Source of the DNA: Clostridiales bacterium
Lineage (GTDB): Bacteria > Bacillota > Clostridia > Lachnospirales > Lachnospiraceae
Assembly: GCA_012519195.1 (NCBI GenBank)
Contig: JAAYQP010000099.1
Location: forward strand, 1,318 to 65,317
Length of the DNA stretch: 64,000 nucleotides
Direction of reading: 5' to 3'
Made by a program: the position numbers and the translations under genes. This document shows, in pieces, positions 47,460-57,227 of the stretch. Below the pieces are notes generated by a model, which searched no databases, was not told where the DNA came from, and saw only the letters and a program-made list of their open reading frames with translations. Numbering within the stretch: the stretch's first letter is position 1; the number at the start of each line of letters is the position of its first letter.

Positions 47460-48366
47460 GGTAGAGAGAAAAGCTAGAGTTGAAAAAATTGAAGAAATAA
47501 TCCATAGATTTCTACCAGAAGAAGTCGGATATCAGAAAACGGTTATGGAGGCAATGAACTACAGTATTCTTGCAGGGGGAAAACGCCTTAGACCAATGCT
47601 GATGGAGGAAACTTTTCATTTGTTTGGGGGACAGGATCATGAACTTTTAGAACCTTTTATGGTTGCAATCGAGATGATCCACACTTATTCCTTAGTGCAT
47701 GATGATCTTCCGGCAATGGATAATGATGAGTACCGGAGAGGTAGAAAAACAACCCATGTAGTCTACGGGGAAGCTATGGCAATTCTGGCGGGTGATGGAT
47801 TATTAAATCTTGCTTTCGAGACGGCTGCGAAAGCTTTTCAATCTATATCCGCTAAGACGGAAGTAGAGGAACTAAAGCAATATAAAAGAGTTGCAAAGGC
47901 GATCAAGACAATGGCAGAGAAAGCTGGCATTTACGGGATGATCGGTGGCCAAGTAGTCGATATACAGATGAACTCAGCATTAAAAGACCGGGAACAATTG
48001 GATTTTATGTATCGTCTAAAGACCGGAGCACTTATCGAAGCCTCAATGATGATTGGTGCAATTATTGCCGGAGCAAATGAGGATGAAATATCGAGAATTG
48101 AAGAAATTGCCGGAGATATCGGTTTGGCATTTCAAATCAGAGATGATATTTTAGATGTTATCAGCAGTCAAGAGGTTCTAGGTAAACCGGTTCATAGTGA
48201 CGAGAAAAATAGGAAAACCACATATGTAAGTATTATGGATTTGAATGGTGCTGATAATGAAGTCATGGCGATATCAAAACATGCGCTAAATATCTTTGAA
48301 ACACTTCCTTATAGGAACGAATATTTAAAGGTATTAATCAACACCTTAATTACGAGAAAGAATTAA
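47449..48366 (+). CDS. ispA: Polyprenyl (farnesyl/geranylgeranyl) diphosphate synthase
   Basis: FARM motif LVHDDLPAMDNDEYRRG and SARM motif FQIRDDILD. ATG 47449 follows ACGGAGAA and overlaps xseB by 11 nt. Confidence 0.9.
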   Translation: MNFEVERKARVEKIEEIIHRFLPEEVGYQKTVMEAMNYSILAGGKRLRPMLMEETFHLFGGQDHELLEPFMVAIEMIHTYSLVHDDLPAMDNDEYRRGRKTTHVVYGEAMAILAGDGLLNLAFETAAKAFQSISAKTEVEELKQYKRVAKAIKTMAEKAGIYGMIGGQVVDIQMNSALKDREQLDFMYRLKTGALIEASMMIGAIIAGANEDEISRIEEIAGDIGLAFQIRDDILDVISSQEVLGKPVHSDEKNRKTTYVSIMDLNGADNEVMAISKHALNIFETLPYRNEYLKVLINTLITRKN

Positions 48367-48472
48367 ACTTAATGTAGGTGTTCCTTAGAACTTAAAGCCA
48401 ATGGATTGATGAGAAGTAAAGTTTTATATCTTCTTAAAATTTGGCCTTATATAAAAATGAGGTGTATGAAAG

Positions 48473-50344
48473 TTGTCAAAAATATTGGATTATATAAACA
48501 AAGCAAACGATATTAAGAAGATAAAGCCACAGGATTATGGACAACTAGCGGAGGAAATCCGTGATTTTTTGATTCAGAATATCAGCAAGACGGGTGGGCA
48601 TTTGGCATCAAATCTAGGTGTCGTGGAATTAACAATTGCCCTTCATTTGTTTCTTAATTTTCCTGAGGACAAATTGGTCTGGGATGTCGGTCATCAAGCT
48701 TATACCCATAAGATTTTGACTGGCCGAAAGCAGCAGTTTTCAAGCTTAAGACAGCTTGGAGGCATCAGCGGCTTCCCTAGTTATAATGAGAGCGTCTATG
48801 ATTCCTTTGATACCGGTCACAGTTCGACTGCTATTTCAGCAGCACTTGGTTTAGTAAAGGCTAGGGAACTAAAGGGAGAAAGTAATAAGATTGTGGCTGT
48901 GCTTGGAGATGGAGCATTGACCGGTGGTATGGCCTTTGAGGCTCTAAATAACGCCGGAAGACTAAAATCGAATATGATCATTATTTTAAATGACAACAAC
49001 ATGTCCATCTCAGAGAATGTAGGCGGTATGGCTAATTATTTAGCTAAGCTTAGAACAAATTCTAAGTATACCGGCTTTAAAGAGAATATGGAAAATGCCC
49101 TGAACCAGATGCCGGGCGTTGGTAAGGTACTGGTTGATAAACTAAAACGCTCCAAGGATGCCATCAAGTATTTTATGCTTCCTAGCATGTTCTTTGAGGA
49201 TATGGGACTGACCTATATCGGTCCGATCGACGGACATAGTATTCCAAAGATGAGGGCTGCCTTGGAGTTCGCTTCAAAAGCCAAGAAAGCAGTCGTAATC
49301 CATGTTGTTACCAAGAAAGGCAAGGGTTATCGGTGGGCAGAAAAGTTCCCAAGTAGATTCCATGGAGTCGGTTGCTTTGATATAGCCAGTGGGCAACAGG
49401 ATATGGAAGGTACGGGATTATCCTACACCAAGGTATTTTCCAATGCCTTGATAAGGATAGCGCAAACCAATGAAAAGGTTGTAGCGATTACCGCTGCTAT
49501 GCCCTATGGAACGGGGCTATCTGCCTTTAAAAAGAAGTTTCCGGAGCGGTTCTTTGATGTAGGAATTGCAGAACAGCATGCAGTAACCTTTGCTGCCGGA
49601 CTTGCCAGGGGTGGTTTTAAACCTGTGGTGGCTATCTATTCAACTTTCCTGCAGAGAGCCTATGATCAAATTGTCCATGATGTATGTATTAATAACCTTC
49701 CGGTTGTGTTTATCTTAGACAGGGCAGGAATTACGGGGAGGGATGGAAAAACTCACCAAGGAATCTTTGATCTATCCTTCCTATCCCATATTCCGAATCT
49801 CACCGTAATGTCGCCTAAGAATCAGTATGAATTGGAAGCTATGCTTGCCTATGCTATCGATTTCCAGGGACCGGTAGCAATTCGTTATCCCAAAGGGGAT
49901 GCCTATAAGGGATTAGCACAATATCAGGAACCGATACGTCGGGGAAAGAGTGAAATACTGCTTAAGGGTGAACAGCTTGCGATCCTTGCGGTTGGCAGTA
50001 TGGTGAAGACTGGCCAGGAAGTTGCAATGAAACTAGCCAATGCAGGAAAAAAAGTATCCCTGATTAATGTGAGATTTGTTTCACCTATCGATGAAGAAAT
50101 CTTAGAGGAATTATCCAGGGATCATTCCATTATTGTTACTCTGGAGGAAAATGTTCGGAGTGGCGGATACGGGCAGAAGGTATCGGATTATCTCTGTGCA
50201 AAGCAGAAACAGAACATCAGACATCTTAATATTTCTGTTCCCGATGAATTCGTGGAGCATGGAGGTGTTGGTGAACTGCACAAAAAATATGGGCTGGATG
50301 CAGAGGGAATCTATATAAGAATTAACAACTTATTAAGTAACTAG
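48473..50344 (+). CDS. dxs: 1-deoxy-D-xylulose-5-phosphate synthase
   Basis: 623 aa with GGHLASNLGVVELTIALH, the thiamine-diphosphate motif GDGALTGGMAFEALNNA, and a transketolase-like C-terminus. TTG start after GAGGTG. Confidence 0.94.
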   Translation: MSKILDYINKANDIKKIKPQDYGQLAEEIRDFLIQNISKTGGHLASNLGVVELTIALHLFLNFPEDKLVWDVGHQAYTHKILTGRKQQFSSLRQLGGISGFPSYNESVYDSFDTGHSSTAISAALGLVKARELKGESNKIVAVLGDGALTGGMAFEALNNAGRLKSNMIIILNDNNMSISENVGGMANYLAKLRTNSKYTGFKENMENALNQMPGVGKVLVDKLKRSKDAIKYFMLPSMFFEDMGLTYIGPIDGHSIPKMRAALEFASKAKKAVVIHVVTKKGKGYRWAEKFPSRFHGVGCFDIASGQQDMEGTGLSYTKVFSNALIRIAQTNEKVVAITAAMPYGTGLSAFKKKFPERFFDVGIAEQHAVTFAAGLARGGFKPVVAIYSTFLQRAYDQIVHDVCINNLPVVFILDRAGITGRDGKTHQGIFDLSFLSHIPNLTVMSPKNQYELEAMLAYAIDFQGPVAIRYPKGDAYKGLAQYQEPIRRGKSEILLKGEQLAILAVGSMVKTGQEVAMKLANAGKKVSLINVRFVSPIDEEILEELSRDHSIIVTLEENVRSGGYGQKVSDYLCAKQKQNIRHLNISVPDEFVEHGGVGELHKKYGLDAEGIYIRINNLLSN

Positions 50345-50369
50345 TCGTTCGGAAAGTGAGTTATGCAAA

Positions 50370-51203
50370 ATGAAACAAAGGTTGGATGTATTATTAGTTA
50401 ATCGGAATCTGGCTCAATCTAGGGAAAAGGCCAAGGCTATTATCATGTCAGGAGATGTCTTTGTAAATGGACAAAGGGAGGATAAAGCAGGAAGCACTTT
50501 CCCAGAGGATGTTTTGATCGAGATTAAGGGAACTCATTTAAAATATGTAAGCCGCGGTGGCTATAAATTAGAAAAGGCGATAGAGCAGTATGCAATTGAT
50601 TTAAAGGGAAAGATCTGCATGGATGTTGGATCATCAACAGGAGGCTTTACCGATTGTATGCTTCAAAATGGCGCTTCCAAGGTATATGCCGTAGATGTAG
50701 GAACCAATCAATTGGCTTGGAAGCTTCGTCAGGATGAGCGAGTAGTTTCAATGGAGAAGACTAATATTCGCTATCTAACTGCAGATCAAATTGATGATCC
50801 TATTACCTTTGCCTCGATTGACGTTGCCTTCATTTCCTTGACCAAGGTATTAATACCGGTTCGCGATCTTTTAATGAAGGAAGGTGAAGTGGTCTGTCTT
50901 ATTAAACCACAATTCGAGGCTGGAAGAGAAAAGGTAGGTAAGAAAGGCGTAGTCCGGGATCCAAAGATTCATGTCGAGGTAATTGAAATGGTGAATAGCT
51001 ATGCTGCCTCCATCGGTTTTGATTGTTTGAATCTGGATTTCTCACCAATCAAAGGGCCGGAGGGGAATATCGAATATCTACTATATCTTAAGTTGAAATC
51101 AAAAAATGAGGAAACGGGCGAGTATTCGATCGGTGAGATGATAGAAGGTGATCGAATAAGAAGTATTGTTGAAGGAGCCCACCGTGAACTTTCAGAGGCA
51201 TAA
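50370..51203 (+). CDS. tlyA: TlyA-family rRNA (cytidine-2'-O)-methyltransferase
   Basis: S4 domain (RLDVLLVxRxLAxSREKAK) plus FtsJ-like MTase (DVGSSTGGFTDC). Confidence 0.9.
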   Translation: MKQRLDVLLVNRNLAQSREKAKAIIMSGDVFVNGQREDKAGSTFPEDVLIEIKGTHLKYVSRGGYKLEKAIEQYAIDLKGKICMDVGSSTGGFTDCMLQNGASKVYAVDVGTNQLAWKLRQDERVVSMEKTNIRYLTADQIDDPITFASIDVAFISLTKVLIPVRDLLMKEGEVVCLIKPQFEAGREKVGKKGVVRDPKIHVEVIEMVNSYAASIGFDCLNLDFSPIKGPEGNIEYLLYLKLKSKNEETGEYSIGEMIEGDRIRSIVEGAHRELSEA

Positions 51204-51358
51204 AAGAGGTAAAATAATTGTATAATTATTCTGAAATATGTTGGAATCATGCTTAATTATAAGGAAGATATCTTGAAAATAATAGAATTATATGATAAAC
51301 TTATTAAGTGTGCACAGGATTCATTGGATTGGAAACAGATTAGGGGAGTTATAGGTGA

Positions 51359-52231
51359 ATGGATCGATTTTTAATTATTACAAATGTTGAAAAAGATGAA
51401 GATTTATCATTAACGAATAGGATTGTATCCTATATCAATAAAGCTGGTAAACGGGCAGTTCTTTCTAAGTTATCTTCATTACCGGAAGATATCCGTCCCA
51501 TAATTGTTTCTGAAGGGATCGAATGTGCTATCGTTTTGGGCGGTGATGGAACTATAATTCAGGCAGCTACGAATCTTATATCCTATGATATTCCAATTCT
51601 TGGTGTCAACCTTGGGACAGTAGGATTCCTGGCTGAGATTGAGGAACATCACTTTAAGGAAGCTTTGGATAGTATCTTTGATAATAAGTATCGTTTGGAA
51701 AATCGTTTGATGATAAGTGGTAAAGTAATTTATCATAATCATCATCAATTAGAGATAGAGGAGAATAAGGGGATTTCACTGAATGACATTGTTATTACCA
51801 GAAAGGGTTTCTCTAGAATAATCAGCCTAAGTATCTATGTAAATGATCAATTGGTTGATAATTTTCGTGGAGATGGTGTGATAATATCTACACCTACGGG
51901 GTCTACGGCATATAACCTATCTGCCGGTGGTCCCATTGTAATGCCAAGTGCGAGTGTCATGGTTATTACACCGATTTGCCCTCATTCCCTAAGTCCTAGA
52001 AGCATCGTTGTCTCGGCGGAAGATACCATAAAAGTAATTATCGGAAAAAGTAAAAAAACACAAGAGGCTGAAGCATTTGTATCCTTTGATGGTAATAAAG
52101 AATTCGAACTAGGTACAGATGATATTTTATTAATAAAAAAGGCAGACTATGATACGAAATTAATAAAATTAAACCACGATGGCATTTTCCAAGTTCTGCA
52201 GTCCAAGCTTGGGAATAATGGTGGTTTATGA
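51359..52231 (+). CDS. nadK: NAD(+) kinase
   Basis: GGDGT motif (VLGGDGTIIQAA), NLGTVGFL, and GDGVIISTPTGSTAYNLSAGGPIV. Confidence 0.93.
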   Translation: MDRFLIITNVEKDEDLSLTNRIVSYINKAGKRAVLSKLSSLPEDIRPIIVSEGIECAIVLGGDGTIIQAATNLISYDIPILGVNLGTVGFLAEIEEHHFKEALDSIFDNKYRLENRLMISGKVIYHNHHQLEIEENKGISLNDIVITRKGFSRIISLSIYVNDQLVDNFRGDGVIISTPTGSTAYNLSAGGPIVMPSASVMVITPICPHSLSPRSIVVSAEDTIKVIIGKSKKTQEAEAFVSFDGNKEFELGTDDILLIKKADYDTKLIKLNHDGIFQVLQSKLGNNGGL

Positions 52232-52265
52232 ATTAATAAATTAAAGAAAGGCACTGGTGTATGAT

Positions 52266-52724
52266 ATGAAAATCAGCAGACAGGCTAAGATCATCGAGCT
52301 TATTAATAAATATGATATTGAGACACAAGAAGAGCTAGCAGATCGTTTGATGCAGGATGGCTATAATGTAACACAAGCCACGGTTTCTAGGGACATTCGG
52401 GAACTCAAACTTAGCAAAGTTGCAATGGATGATGGTAGGCAAAAATATATCGTACTTCAAAAGACAGAACAAGGCTTAAGTGAGAAATATACCCGTGTTT
52501 TACGGGATGGTTTTGTTTCAATGGATATGGCTCAGAATATCTTAGTTATAAAAACAATTTCCGGTATGGCTATGGCTGTAGCGGCTGCTTTAGATGCCCT
52601 TCAGATTAGTAGTATTGTAGGTTGTATAGCCGGTGACGATACGATTATGTGTGCAATACGTTCGAAGGAAGAAACTTACTCGGTTATAGAGAAGCTGAAT
52701 AAAATAATTCATAATATTGAATAG
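52266..52724 (+). CDS. argR: Arginine repressor
   Basis: Winged-helix N-domain (RQAKIIELINKYDIETQEELADRL...VTQATVSRDIRELKL) and C-terminal GTIAGDDT-type motif (GCIAGDDTIM). The ORF track starts 3 codons upstream at GTG 52257. Confidence 0.9.
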   Translation: MKISRQAKIIELINKYDIETQEELADRLMQDGYNVTQATVSRDIRELKLSKVAMDDGRQKYIVLQKTEQGLSEKYTRVLRDGFVSMDMAQNILVIKTISGMAMAVAAALDALQISSIVGCIAGDDTIMCAIRSKEETYSVIEKLNKIIHNIE

Positions 52725-52825
52725 GAGCGGTCGTGTTTACATAATTGTTTCAAACGCGGTCTTGCTTCTTTCATATCGATTTTGGTACGATAGATTGATA
52801 ATGAGAAAGATAAGGAGATAGCATA

Positions 52826-53554
52826 ATGGCAGGACATTCTAAGTTTGCGAATATTAAACATAAAAAAGAGAAAAATGATGCTGCAAAAGGTAAAATTTTC
52901 ACCAAGATTGGGCGTGAAATTGCAGTAGCGGTTAAAGCGGGTGGACCAGATCCCAATAACAATAGTGCACTTAAGGACGTTATTGCGAAAGCAAAAGCGA
53001 ATAATATGCCGAATGATACTATTGAACGTAGCATTAAAAAGGCAGCTGGTGATGTAAATGCAGTAGACTACGAAGCAGTTACCTATGAAGGTTATGGTCC
53101 AAACGGAACAGCAATTATAGTTAATGCTCTTACAGATAACAAAAATAGAACTGCAGCAAATGTACGAAATGCTTTTACTAAGGGAAATGGTAATGTAGGT
53201 ACCCAAGGTTGCGTATCCTTCCAGTTCGATAAGAAAGGCCAGATCATTATTGATAAGGAAGAATACAATGGAACGGCGGATGATCTGATGCTACTAGTAC
53301 TAGACGCTGGAGCCGAGGATTTTATAGAGGAAGAAGACAGCTTTGAAATCCTTACGGAGCCAGAAGCATTTAGTGCAGTTAGAGAATGCCTTGAAAATGC
53401 AAATATACCAATGGCGCAGGCAGAGGTGACTATGATCCCTCAGACATGGGTTGAATTAACCGATGAACAGGATCTTAAGAACATGCAAAAAATCCTTGAT
53501 CTTCTTGATGAGGATGATGATGTGCAAGAGGTATATCATAACTGGGATGAGTAA
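52826..53554 (+). CDS. yebC: YebC/PmpR-family DNA-binding transcriptional regulator
   Basis: MAGHSKFANIKHKKEKNDAAKGKIFTK... is the canonical YebC N-terminus. 242 aa. Confidence 0.93.
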   Translation: MAGHSKFANIKHKKEKNDAAKGKIFTKIGREIAVAVKAGGPDPNNNSALKDVIAKAKANNMPNDTIERSIKKAAGDVNAVDYEAVTYEGYGPNGTAIIVNALTDNKNRTAANVRNAFTKGNGNVGTQGCVSFQFDKKGQIIIDKEEYNGTADDLMLLVLDAGAEDFIEEEDSFEILTEPEAFSAVRECLENANIPMAQAEVTMIPQTWVELTDEQDLKNMQKILDLLDEDDDVQEVYHNWDE

Positions 53555-53578
53555 TCTAACGAATTGAAAATATTAGTG

Positions 53579-53629
53579 GTCCTCCTAGATTAATGTTTTT
53601 TTTAACATTAATCTAGGAGGACTTTTTAT
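53579..53629 (+). terminator. Terminator of yebC
   Basis: gtcctcctagattaatgtt / aacattaatctaggaggac perfect 19-bp stem followed by tttttatt. Confidence 0.85.
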
Positions 53630-53634
53630 TCATG

Positions 53635-53667
53635 ACAAGTGAATTGGCTTGCCAATTCATCTTGTTT
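53635..53667. repeat. 32-bp palindromic repeat, copy 2
   Basis: acaagtgaattggcttgccaattcatcttgttt has perfect 9-bp half-sites tgaattggc / gccaattca, and is near-identical to 14545-14577. Confidence 0.65.
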
Positions 53668-53911
53668 AAATATAATCTTGCTATGTTTAACAGAGGATGC
53701 AATAAAAGACTATACGAATAAGTTAAATATGGCACAGGATAATGAAGAAAAATAACAGATTAGTGACATATTCGATTGTTTGTCAAGAGAAGGATATTTA
53801 TATTATGGGAGTAATTTTTTTTACATCTTTTGTTCACAAACTTCTTGATGAACCATATAAGGTAAGATATATTTAAGTAGATAAGGATACAATGGGGAGG
53901 ACTAATAAATT

Positions 53912-55462
53912 ATGGTAAAGCAAAAAGTATTCATAAGTATTTTATTGATATGTTGTATGTTTTTTATTACTTTTGATTCGTTAGAAGCAAGTTCAGCGGA
54001 GATAAATAAATCTTATAATAAGAATTCGGATGAAGTGACAGAAGAAGCAAAATCTGTAGAAAAACAGGAGTTTATAATACAGGATGAGACTAAACCGGAA
54101 GATACCAGGCAGGAAGATGTAAAACAAGAAGAGATAAAGCAGGAAGATATAAAGAAAGAAGAGACAGATCTCGTAGATACAAAGCAGGAAACTTCTACAC
54201 AGCAGGATACAAGGCAAGAAGAAACGACAGCAGAGAAAGAGAAGGCACAGGACCCGAAGCCGATATATGCTGGCAGTATCAAATTAAAAAAGAAGGTTTC
54301 CATGAAGGTGGGAGAAGAATATAAGCTTAAGGTAACCTTATCAGAAAAGAATCTTTCCGGTGATAAGGTGAGCTTTACTAGTAGTGATAAGAATATTGTT
54401 CGAGTAACAAAAGATGGTTTGCTCAAGGCGAAACACTGGGGAGAGGCAACCGTAACCGCTTCCCTCGGTAAAGCGAAAGCAAGTTGTAAGGTAACTGTAA
54501 CCAAGGAGGTGCAAATCACAATCAGTGCAGCCGGTGATGTTACCCTTTCCAGTGATATCAAGCAACCTAAGGCAGTTAACTTCTTTTCGGTATATGATAA
54601 GGAAAAAGACAATGATTACTTTTTTAAGAATGTCAAATCAATCTTTGAAAAGGACGATATGACCATTGTGAATTTTGAAGGAACACTCAGCAATAGAGGA
54701 AGCAGAGTTGATAAAAAATGGGCCTTCCGTGGAAAACCCTCTTACATCGATATATTAACACAAGGCTCCGTAGAAGCAGTTGCTTTTGCCAACAATCATG
54801 TGAAAGACTATGGTGAAGTCAGTTATACCGATACAATTGAAAGCTTTAAAAAAGCCGGTATTGCCTATTCTTCCTACAGTACCGTAGGAGTTTATGAGGT
54901 CAAAGGAATTAAGATTGGTATGATTTCGATCCAAGAATGTGGAGTCCCTAAGAAGACCTATGAGGATACCCTTCACAAGGCAATTAAATCCGTGAATAAG
55001 AAAAAGCCAGATTTATTAATCGTAAGTTTTCATTGGGGAATTGAATATACCTTTAAGCCGAACAAAGCTCAGATAGAGCTTAGTCGTATGGCAATCGATG
55101 AAGGAGCTGATTTAGTATTGGGGCATCATCCCCATGTTCTCCAACCAATTGAAAAATATAAGGACTCTTATATCGTATATAGTCTTGGTAATTTCTGTTT
55201 TGGAGGAAATACTAATCCACCAGATAAGGATACCATTATATATCAACAGACCTTTACCTTCCGTAACGATAAATTGGTACCCGATGATAATGTTCGAATT
55301 ATTCCTTGTTCGGTATCCTCTGTCAAAACAAAAAATAATTATCAGCCAACCCCCAGCAAAGGAAGTGAAAAGGAAGGTATTATAAAACGAATGAACGGTT
55401 ACTGCAAGCCCTACGGCATAAGCTTTGACAAAGAAGGTAAGTTAATGAAAAAAAGCAAATAA
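53912..55462 (+). CDS. Secreted CapA-family (PGA_cap metallophosphatase-like) protein with K/Q/E-rich linker and one Big_2 domain
   Basis: Signal/TM segment, then a QEDVKQEEIKQEDIKKEE low-complexity region, then a Big_2 module (VSFTSSDKNIVRVTKDGLLKAKHWGEATVTAS). The CapA core shows FANNHVKDYG, VSFHWGIEY, GHHPHVLQP and YSLGNFCFGG. Confidence 0.85.
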   Translation: MVKQKVFISILLICCMFFITFDSLEASSAEINKSYNKNSDEVTEEAKSVEKQEFIIQDETKPEDTRQEDVKQEEIKQEDIKKEETDLVDTKQETSTQQDTRQEETTAEKEKAQDPKPIYAGSIKLKKKVSMKVGEEYKLKVTLSEKNLSGDKVSFTSSDKNIVRVTKDGLLKAKHWGEATVTASLGKAKASCKVTVTKEVQITISAAGDVTLSSDIKQPKAVNFFSVYDKEKDNDYFFKNVKSIFEKDDMTIVNFEGTLSNRGSRVDKKWAFRGKPSYIDILTQGSVEAVAFANNHVKDYGEVSYTDTIESFKKAGIAYSSYSTVGVYEVKGIKIGMISIQECGVPKKTYEDTLHKAIKSVNKKKPDLLIVSFHWGIEYTFKPNKAQIELSRMAIDEGADLVLGHHPHVLQPIEKYKDSYIVYSLGNFCFGGNTNPPDKDTIIYQQTFTFRNDKLVPDDNVRIIPCSVSSVKTKNNYQPTPSKGSEKEGIIKRMNGYCKPYGISFDKEGKLMKKSK

Positions 55463-55472
55463 GAAGATCTAT

Positions 55473-55518
55473 CATTCACTCCTGTATATCGTAACAGATA
55501 AGGGAGTGAATTTTTCTT
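55473..55518 (+). terminator. Terminator after the capA-like gene
   Basis: attcactcc ... ggagtgaat stem (inner ctgt..acag) followed by ttttcttc. Confidence 0.6.
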
Positions 55519-55745
55519 CTAGGTAATAAATATCATGAAAACAATGATATAATCATTATTATTGTCGAGCAATTCACTTGAAACTAATAATTATCTATGA
55601 TAGAATTGTCAGAAGTAAAGAATACAGTAGTAAGAATAGGGTCCGCCTGCGAAAACAGGAAGACCCATTTTCTATTACCAACGAACAAAGAATTAAGCAA
55701 GAGCAGGCTATTGGACAACTTATTACAATTAGAATCGTGAGGCGA

Positions 55746-57077
55746 ATGAAAATGTTTACTAAGAAAGATTTGATCAGACTTATAATTCCTTTGGTTATTG
55801 AGCAGATCCTTGCTGTAACTGTGGGTATGGCGGATAGTATGATGGTTGCTAGGGTAGGTGAGGCAGCTGTTTCCGGTGTATCCTTAGTTGATAGCATTAA
55901 TGTATTGCTTATCGGATTATTTGGTGCTTTAGCTACCGGAGGAGCGGTAGTAACTTCTCAATATCTTGGACGGAAAGATGAGAAAAATGCCTGTACATCA
56001 GCTGAACAGTTAATTGCGGCAATTCTTGTGGTATCCCTTGCTGTAATGGCAATCGCATTAGTTTTTAGAAAGCCTATTCTTACACTACTATTTGGTAATG
56101 TTGAAGCCGATGTTATGATGAATGCACAGATCTATATGATCATTACATCCTTATCATTTCCTTTTTTAGCTGTCTATAATGCCTGTGCTGCGCTATTTCG
56201 TTCCATGGGCAATTCTAAGGTATCAATGACGATATCTCTTGCCATGAATCTAATCAACATAATGGGTAATGCGATATTAATTTTTGGATTTGGAATGGGT
56301 GTGGCTGGTGCTGCAATTCCTACCTTAGTTTCTAGAATATTTGCAGCTGTGACTATGTTTATTCTAATTAGTAACAGGAAATATATCATACATATTGAAT
56401 CAATTCGAAACTTTAAACTGAATATGAGCATGATCAAGAGGATCCTGCGAATTGGAGTACCGAATGGATTAGAGAATAGTGTGTTTCAAATAGGCAAGAT
56501 CCTTGTTCAGGGAATCATTGCAGGCCTTGGAACTTCGGCTATTACAGCAAATGCTATAGCTGGTAATATTGGAGGTTTAGGAGTTCTTCCGGGCAGTGCT
56601 ATGGGCCTTGCTTTTATTACAGTAATCGGCCAATGTGTTGGTGCTGCTGATTATGATGGTGTGAAATATTATACCCGTAAGTTAATGAAGGTGACTTATT
56701 TAGGAATGGTATTAATTAATGTCGGTATCTTGTTTTTAATCCCGGCAATTGTTAAGCTATATAATCTGACGGATGTCACCAGTGAAATTACTAGGCAGTT
56801 GATCGCCTACCATTGTGTACTGGCTATGATCCTATGGCCCAGCTCCTTTGCCTTACCTAACGTATTACGAGCAGCCAATGATGTTAAATTTACCATGGTC
56901 GTATCTATGATTTCTATGTGGGTATGGCGAATCGGCTTTAGTAAGCTTCTGGTTGATCTATTTGGGTTGGGAGTACTAGGTGTGTGGATCGCTATGACGA
57001 TTGACTGGCTATTTCGGTCGATATGTTTTATTGTAAGATTCCTTAAAGAAAAGTATAGGACGATGGCCTCATTATAA
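55746..57077 (+). CDS. MATE-family efflux transporter
   Basis: ATG 55746 follows GTGAGG. IPLVIEQILAVTVGMADSMMVARVGEAAVSGVSLV is typical of MATE TM1-2, with 12 predicted TM helices. The 56 upstream codons in the ORF track are non-hydrophobic and cover a leader hairpin. Confidence 0.88.
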   Translation: MKMFTKKDLIRLIIPLVIEQILAVTVGMADSMMVARVGEAAVSGVSLVDSINVLLIGLFGALATGGAVVTSQYLGRKDEKNACTSAEQLIAAILVVSLAVMAIALVFRKPILTLLFGNVEADVMMNAQIYMIITSLSFPFLAVYNACAALFRSMGNSKVSMTISLAMNLINIMGNAILIFGFGMGVAGAAIPTLVSRIFAAVTMFILISNRKYIIHIESIRNFKLNMSMIKRILRIGVPNGLENSVFQIGKILVQGIIAGLGTSAITANAIAGNIGGLGVLPGSAMGLAFITVIGQCVGAADYDGVKYYTRKLMKVTYLGMVLINVGILFLIPAIVKLYNLTDVTSEITRQLIAYHCVLAMILWPSSFALPNVLRAANDVKFTMVVSMISMWVWRIGFSKLLVDLFGLGVLGVWIAMTIDWLFRSICFIVRFLKEKYRTMASL

Positions 57078-57227
57078 TGTGACACAAAAATGCCAAATAT
57101 TACATTTACAATATCACTGAAAATGCTAAACAATGGTACTTAATTAGCCGATATGTTTTAAGGATAGTTTCTTTGTGTGCTTAAGATTTTAAATTACTTT
57201 GGATAAGGCTTCGGGGAGGTATTACGA

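Noticed and set aside
52709-53206. 165-aa antisense ORF opposite yebC, and similar long shadow ORFs (54013-54612, 44039-44434, 27642-28073, 17485-17889, 60380-60730).
   Set aside because: Each overlaps a confidently identified gene on the other strand. They have a Cys/Ser/Ile-rich, low-complexity composition and no RBS, which is typical of antisense frames in AT-rich genomes.
54090-54240. Short tandem repeats (caggaagat / aagcaggaa ...) that could be mistaken for a repeat array.
   Set aside because: They lie inside the capA-like reading frame and encode a K/Q/E low-complexity linker. There is no spacer-repeat periodicity and there are no cas genes.
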